This document shows positions 58,814 to 64,000 of a stretch of 64,000 nucleotides of DNA, one piece after another. The position numbers were made by a program, and so were the translations under genes. The notes under the pieces are model-generated. The model saw only the letters and a list, made by a program, of their open reading frames with translations. It ran no database searches and had not been told where the DNA came from. This DNA is from Polyangiaceae bacterium. Lineage in GTDB: Bacteria; Myxococcota_A; Polyangia; Polyangiales; Polyangiaceae. Numbering within the stretch: the stretch's first letter is position 1; every line of letters starts with the position of its first letter. The DNA is taken from NCBI GenBank assembly GCA_035063585.1, contig JAPSGB010000001.1, positions 120,179-184,178 of the forward strand, in the 5' to 3' direction.

Positions 58814-60202
58814 ATGTCGCGCCGCACCGCTTCGTGTTCGAGCGCGGAGGAGCGGGACCGCTACCATACGCTCATCCGCGCGCACGGCGCGCACGCCGTG
58901 TCATTCCTCGGCCTCGAGAGCGGGATGCGCTTCTTCTTCGACGACGGGGGTGTCGTCGCGTACGCGGACACCGGGCGCGCGTGGGTCGCAGCGGGCGCGC
59001 CGGTGGCGCCGCCCCGGGACGTGCCCGCGCTCGCGCGAGCCTTCGTGGAGGCCGCACGCGCGGCGCGGCGACGCGCGAGCTTCTTCTGGGTCGAGGGGGA
59101 GCTCCTCGGGGAGGAGTTCCGGCTCTTCACGATCGGTGAGCAGCCCCTCCTCGATCGCGCGAGCTGGCGCGCGGCCAAGGCGTCCCATCGACGGCTGCGC
59201 GAGCAGCTCCGCCGTGCGCGCGCGAAGGGCGTGACCGCGCGCGCGGTCGAGCCCGACGAGCTCGCGGAGGGCGCGCCGCTACGCCTGGAGGTAGAGCGGC
59301 TCGAGCGCGCGTGGCTCGCGGCGCGCCCGATGCCGGAGATGGGGTTCGTGGCGACCGTCGAGCCGTTCGTGCGACCCGGGGAGCATCGCTACCTCGTCGC
59401 GGAGCGCGCCGGGCAGGCCGTGCTGTTCATGTCGTGCGTCCCCATCTATGCGCGCTCGGGCTGGCTCGTGGAGGACGTGCTCCGCGACTCGAGCACGCCG
59501 AACGGGACCGCCGAGCTCGTCTTCGATCGACTCTTCGAGGACGCCGTCGAGGGAGAGGTGTTCACCCAGGGGCTCTCCCCGCTCTCGGGCGACGTCGCGC
59601 CGTGGCTCGTCGCCACGCGCTACCTGACGCGACCGCTCTACAACTTCCAAGGGCTACGCGCCTTCAAGGGGCGCCTCCACCCCGCGCGCTGGGAGCGGGT
59701 GTCGCTCGCGGTACCGCGAGGCGCGAGCCCCCTGCTCGCCATCTACGACTCGCTCTCGGCGTTCGCGCGCGGCTCGTTCACGCGATTTTCGCTCCGCCTG
59801 CTCGGCCACGACCCTGGAAAGATGGCGTGGCTGCTCGGGGTGCCGCTCGTCCTCTGGACGGTGATCCTCGCGCTCCTCGTCGTGGTCGATGACGGGCACT
59901 TGCTCGGCTGGGGGCGGCTCCCGCTCTTTGGCTGGATGATCTTCGATCTGTTGCTCGCGCTCTCCATGCTCCGCGTGGCGCGCGCGCCGCGCTGGCCCGC
60001 GCTGCTCCTGCTCACCGCGTTCGCGTCCTGCGACGCTGCCCTCTCCATCCTGCACCTCGCGCTCCGAGGGCTCGGCAGCGGCGCGCTCGAGCGCTCGCTC
60101 CGCGCGCTGTCGGCGGGAGCGCCCATGTTTGGCGCGCTGGCGCTCGCCTACGCGAGCGCCAGCGCCGCCCGACGAGCTACCGCGCTCAGGGCGTCGACGT
60201 GA
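58814..60202 (+). CDS. Aminoacyl-PG synthase-like (DUF2156/MprF C-terminal) domain followed by TM helices
   Basis: LREQLRRA, EMGF, PNGTAE, GLSPL and LYNFQGLRAFK. Confidence 0.78.
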   Translation: MSRRTASCSSAEERDRYHTLIRAHGAHAVSFLGLESGMRFFFDDGGVVAYADTGRAWVAAGAPVAPPRDVPALARAFVEAARAARRRASFFWVEGELLGEEFRLFTIGEQPLLDRASWRAAKASHRRLREQLRRARAKGVTARAVEPDELAEGAPLRLEVERLERAWLAARPMPEMGFVATVEPFVRPGEHRYLVAERAGQAVLFMSCVPIYARSGWLVEDVLRDSSTPNGTAELVFDRLFEDAVEGEVFTQGLSPLSGDVAPWLVATRYLTRPLYNFQGLRAFKGRLHPARWERVSLAVPRGASPLLAIYDSLSAFARGSFTRFSLRLLGHDPGKMAWLLGVPLVLWTVILALLVVVDDGHLLGWGRLPLFGWMIFDLLLALSMLRVARAPRWPALLLLTAFASCDAALSILHLALRGLGSGALERSLRALSAGAPMFGALALAYASASAARRATALRAST

Positions 60203-60890
60203 AGCTCGTGCTCGCGGACGAGAAGCCCTGGATGGTGCCCTTCAACGACGAGCTCAAGGTGCCACTGTTCACGCGGGTGAGCGAGAGATCCGCCGTGCAG
60301 GACTTGTCGGCGTCGCTCGAGACGAAAGGCTCGATGGCCCCGGCGGCGACGCTGTAGCTCCCGGTGTCAGGGATGTCCGAGCCGTTGATCTCGGGGTAGT
60401 CCTTTATGCACTGACCCTTGATGAGGAGCTCGAGGTTGCCGCTGTCGTTGGCGTCCCAGGTGACGTCGAAGGCGGCGGCCCGCGAGATCTCGCCCTGGGC
60501 GGGCGCGGTGATGCTGACCGCAGCTCGCGGGCTCACCGAGCTCGAGTAAGGGTCCTCACCGTCGCGAGTGAACACGAACTCGTAGGCGTCCGTGTCGCTG
60601 AGCGTCGCCTGATAGTAGTCGTGGTCGATGTTCGACTGCTTGCTCATCGGCTGCCCGTTTACCGAGACGTTGTCGCCGCAGGCGCCGAGGGAGAGGAACG
60701 TGCCGCCCGGCTTGTCACCGACCCAGAAGGTCGCCGTCGCGCGCGCGGAACCGCCCGACTCGTGGACCTCGTACTCGACGAAGATACCCGGCGTGCGGAT
60801 ATTGCAGGAGTCCTCCTCCGGCTTCCCGCAGCCGACCAAACCGATCACGCCGATGAGAGCCATCGGAAGCAAAGCCACTCGCGTCTTCAT
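60186..60890 (-). CDS. Hypothetical beta-rich lipoprotein
   Basis: Lipobox LVGC; ATG at 60890. Confidence 0.72.
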   Translation of the reverse strand: MKTRVALLPMALIGVIGLVGCGKPEEDSCNIRTPGIFVEYEVHESGGSARATATFWVGDKPGGTFLSLGACGDNVSVNGQPMSKQSNIDHDYYQATLSDTDAYEFVFTRDGEDPYSSSVSPRAAVSITAPAQGEISRAAAFDVTWDANDSGNLELLIKGQCIKDYPEINGSDIPDTGSYSVAAGAIEPFVSSDADKSCTADLSLTRVNSGTLSSSLKGTIQGFSSASTSFTSTP

Positions 60891-61077
60891 CCTCGATTCC
60901 TCCGTAAATCCTTCGACGTACGCTCGAAGGGCAGTCTTCATTCGAAGTTAGCGTTTTTTTCGCGCGAGCGCGACCTCCGGCGCCGGCCGGACGCGCGGGC
61001 CCGTCGCTCGAGCACCCCTTCGGCCGGAGCCGCGGGGGCACCCGAGCGCCGCCAAACTTCCCGATATTTCTAGCGTT

Positions 61078-63297
61078 TCACTTGATCACGCCGCCCGGGG
61101 GCGGCGGGATGACCGGGGGCACGAGGAAGTAGACCTCACGCGTCTCGAGCTGGGTGACCCCGTTGCCCCACACCGTGACGAACGCCTTGAAGAGCTGCGG
61201 CTTGTCGGTCGCCGGGACGGTGGTGTTCTGACGCGGGAGGATGTCGAAGCACACGCGCGTCCCGGGCATCACCTTCGGGAAGGTGTCGTTGACGCCGTCC
61301 GAGAGCAGCCGGTCCTCGACCGGCAACCCCGGGGTGCAGGGCGCACCGCTCGTGGTGTTCGCCTCGAGCTTGTCCACGAACGCGAGGACGGCGTCGATGG
61401 CGTCGCTCACGTCGTCCTGGGCGAGCGCGCCGATGTCGAGGGTCGCGTAGTTGGTGAGCGCCTTGATGGCGCTCACGACGACGTCCGAGACGCTCCCGCT
61501 CGCGACCAGGCTGAGCGGGCAGAGGCCGTCCGCGTCCGGGCTCTCACCCGCGCCGTTGTTGCCGGTGCAGCACTGCCCCACCGCGCAGCTGGCCGGGCGC
61601 GCGCCGTCCCAGGCCGAGGGCGGCACGCGCGAGTCAGTAGACCTGGCCGCGTCGGTCAGGTCGTTCCGGGTGGCCGCGTTGGTGTTCGTCGAGATCCCGA
61701 CGAACTTCCCTCCGATGCCGCCATAAGCGGCGAGCGCCTCGGGCTTCAGGTGACCGACGGTGTTCTTGGTCGGGGCGTCGGTGATGTGGACGACGATGGG
61801 TAGCGCGCCCGCGCGGAAGCCCACGCCACCGATGGTGCCGACGTCCTCGCCGGCCGGGATCGTCGCGGGCGGCGCGCTCGCCGGGTCGAACGGCGCGACG
61901 TTCGCGCCGGCTACCGTGGTGCCGGCGCCGGTCGCGATTTGATAGAGCGCCTCCCAGCCGGACTCGGGCAGGTCGCCGCCAGCGTAATTGACTGCCTGGT
62001 AGAGATTCACCGCGCTCTGAATCGAGGCGAGCCCGGCCGGCGAGCGCACCGTCATCACGCGATGCCGTAGGAGGAACGGCCAGTCTCCCGGATAGCCTCC
62101 CCCGCCCTGGAAATCGCGGAAGTCCACCACACCGAGGGCTACGTTCGCGATGCCATCGACCGGGCTCGCGAGCTTGGTGGCGATGCTCGCCACGTTCGAT
62201 TTCATGTTCGCGATGGGGATGCCCATCGATCCGGTCGTGTCCATCGAGAAGACGACGTCGGCGACCGTGATCTTGGTCGAGAAATCGAGCGCGTCGCGGT
62301 CCGGCGTGGGCGGCTCCTGATACGGCACCAGGAAGAAGAAGTTGCCGTGCGCGGTCGGGTTGTCGCTGGGCTCGGTCGGATCGGTCCCGGCGGCGTGCTC
62401 CACCAAGTCCGACACGCCGTCGCCGTCGGTGTCGCCGTTCAACGGATCGCTCTCGCCGGTGTCGAGCGCGCCGCTGCAGTTCGCGTCCTCTTCGCCGTCG
62501 GTGAGACCGTCGTTGTCGCTGTCGCTGTCGAGATAGTCGGGGATGCTGTCGCCGTCGGTGTCGAGCGGCGGCGCGGTCGGATCGCGGGGCGGACCGCCCG
62601 CCTCCGCGCTGTCTGGGACGCAGTCCTCGTCCGAGTCGATATCGAGATAGTTCGGGGTGCCGTCCTGATCGCTGTCGATGTCACCCTCGAACTTGTCGAG
62701 GATGGTGTCACCGTCGCTGTCGGTGTCGCGGTAGTCGGGGGTGCCGTCACCGTCGGTGTCGAGCGGGTTCTTCGGATCACCGCCGATTTCGACGACGTCG
62801 TTTATCCGGTCACCGTCGTCATCGAGGTCGGCGAAATTCGGAATGCCGTCGCCGTCCGGATCCTCGAGCGCCTCCGGCTCTTCGCCGTCCGGGATGCCAT
62901 TGCCGTCCGCATCCAAGGACCGGAAATCCGGCTCGCCATCGTTGTTGCTGTCGGCCGGGGCGTAGCACTTCGGACGATTGCCCCGCTCGGTCGCGTCGGG
63001 AATGCCGTCACCGTCGCTGTCGTCGTCGCGGTAGTCGGCGGTGCCGTCGCCGTCGGTGTCGACCTGTTCCGCCTTGCCCTCGTCTTCGTCGCTGATGCCG
63101 TCGCCGTCGGCGTCGTCGCAGTGGAGCTCGGGTTGCCCGCCGCCGTCACCGGAGCCACCACCGCTGCCGGTGCGACCGCCGTTCGCCACCGACGAGCCGT
63201 CTGCGGGGCTCGCCGAGCAGCCGCTGGCGCCGAGCGCGCCGAGCGCGCCGAGCAACACGAAGACCCCCGCGACCGAGCCGCTGCGCTTCATTGCCAT
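61078..63297 (-). CDS. Lipoprotein with DxDxDG Ca-binding (TSP3-like) repeats and an integrin-beta-like VWA domain (CglD-like)
   Basis: Lipobox ASGC, more than 10 D-x-D-x-D-G units, [18 protein letters not shown] and ITDAP. Confidence 0.8.
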   Translation of the reverse strand: MAMKRSGSVAGVFVLLGALGALGASGCSASPADGSSVANGGRTGSGGGSGDGGGQPELHCDDADGDGISDEDEGKAEQVDTDGDGTADYRDDDSDGDGIPDATERGNRPKCYAPADSNNDGEPDFRSLDADGNGIPDGEEPEALEDPDGDGIPNFADLDDDGDRINDVVEIGGDPKNPLDTDGDGTPDYRDTDSDGDTILDKFEGDIDSDQDGTPNYLDIDSDEDCVPDSAEAGGPPRDPTAPPLDTDGDSIPDYLDSDSDNDGLTDGEEDANCSGALDTGESDPLNGDTDGDGVSDLVEHAAGTDPTEPSDNPTAHGNFFFLVPYQEPPTPDRDALDFSTKITVADVVFSMDTTGSMGIPIANMKSNVASIATKLASPVDGIANVALGVVDFRDFQGGGGYPGDWPFLLRHRVMTVRSPAGLASIQSAVNLYQAVNYAGGDLPESGWEALYQIATGAGTTVAGANVAPFDPASAPPATIPAGEDVGTIGGVGFRAGALPIVVHITDAPTKNTVGHLKPEALAAYGGIGGKFVGISTNTNAATRNDLTDAARSTDSRVPPSAWDGARPASCAVGQCCTGNNGAGESPDADGLCPLSLVASGSVSDVVVSAIKALTNYATLDIGALAQDDVSDAIDAVLAFVDKLEANTTSGAPCTPGLPVEDRLLSDGVNDTFPKVMPGTRVCFDILPRQNTTVPATDKPQLFKAFVTVWGNGVTQLETREVYFLVPPVIPPPPGGVIK

Positions 63298-63521
63298 GAT
63301 GAAGCGATTCTAGCTCATGAACGCGAACGGGGACAGCGCCGCCACCGCGACGCGTGGCTCTCGATGATGATGGCTCGGCGCGGCCGGCGGCGCGCCGCGA
63401 CCGCTCCCGGCGGGGTTCCGCGGCGGACCGACAACCCATGAACGCGGTGGACGCGCGCTCGACCGTCGCGCGAACGCATCGCTCGAGCGACGCCCCCCGG
63501 GACGCGCGTCGCTCAGGATAG

Positions 63522-64000
63522 CTAGATGCAGGTGCAGCAGCTGTTGAGACAGATGCCGACCTTCTTCTGAACCGTGCAGCCGAACAGGCAGATGGGATCG
63601 AGCGCCTCGCCCGTGATGCACGGGAACCCGGACGCGCAGCCCGGCGAGCCGCCGGTGCCGCCGCCGCCGCCCGTCCCGCCGATCGCCTGGCAGAAGCTCC
63701 CGCTCCGCTGGTACCCGGCGAGGCACTGGAAGTCGCAGAGATTGCCGGTACAAATCGCGGTCGAGTTCGCAGGGGGCGGCGCGCACGGGTCGCAGCCGCT
63801 GAGCGCGCAGCCGAGACCCGGGGTGGGAGCGACGCACACTCCGCCGCACAGCTTCTGTGAGCTCGAGCAACCTCCGCCGGCGCCGCCGCTCGACGTGCCG
63901 CCGGCGCCGCCGCTCGACGTGCCGCCGGTGCCGCCGCTCGACGTGCCGCCGGCGCCGCCGCTCGACGTGCCGCCGGCGCCGCCGCTCGACGTGCCGCCGG
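63522..64000 (-). CDS. Gly/Ser/Thr-linker, Cys-rich surface protein; 5'-truncated
   Basis: Frame is open to the window edge; (GGTSSGGA)n then Cys-rich modules. Confidence 0.7.
   Translation of the reverse strand, partial: GGTSSGGAGGTSSGGAGGTSSGGTGGTSSGGAGGTSSGGAGGGCSSSQKLCGGVCVAPTPGLGCALSGCDPCAPPPANSTAICTGNLCDFQCLAGYQRSGSFCQAIGGTGGGGGTGGSPGCASGFPCITGEALDPICLFGCTVQKKVGICLNSCCTCI
63874..64000 (-). repeat. Coding 24-bp tandem repeat, at least 5 copies
   Basis: ccgccggcgccgccgctcgacgtg units. Confidence 0.9.

Overview
Very GC-rich chromosomal segment whose gene content (MXAN_5187-like protein, TIGR02266/PilZ-like protein, Ser/Thr kinase, CglD-like adhesin, many Cys-rich lipoproteins) points to Myxococcota, probably Polyangiales; this assignment is inference. 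1-16.7 kb is a surface-glycosylation locus with a GDP-heptose-type pathway (tal, gmhB, hddA, hddC; no gmhA in the window), two GT2s, a flippase-like protein, two methyltransferases, two oxidoreductases and three multi-TM GT-C-like proteins. Further on are a cobalamin/iron ABC importer, lgt, a kinase, a stand-alone rpsD, an RluA-type synthase, a degenerate PEP-utilising enzyme, ftsEX-envC, a peptidase-PD40-Omp85 protein, eno, a GAF/HD-GYP protein, phoH, a porin, a PBP, a beta-propeller lipoprotein/beta-barrel operon, a BVMO and surface lipoproteins. No rRNA, tRNA, transposase or cas gene was recognised. Best leads: (i) an orphan 4-repeat array with CRISPR-like geometry at 56766-57017; (ii) an orphan protein with a T3SS-needle-like C-terminal helix at 32541-33002; (iii) the heptose/GT-C locus; (iv) a dispersed REP-like family, two perfect inverted copies of which bracket a small lipoprotein gene; (v) an unlisted 48-aa basic ORF and a candidate sRNA. 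All family calls come from motif recognition by eye, with no database searches.
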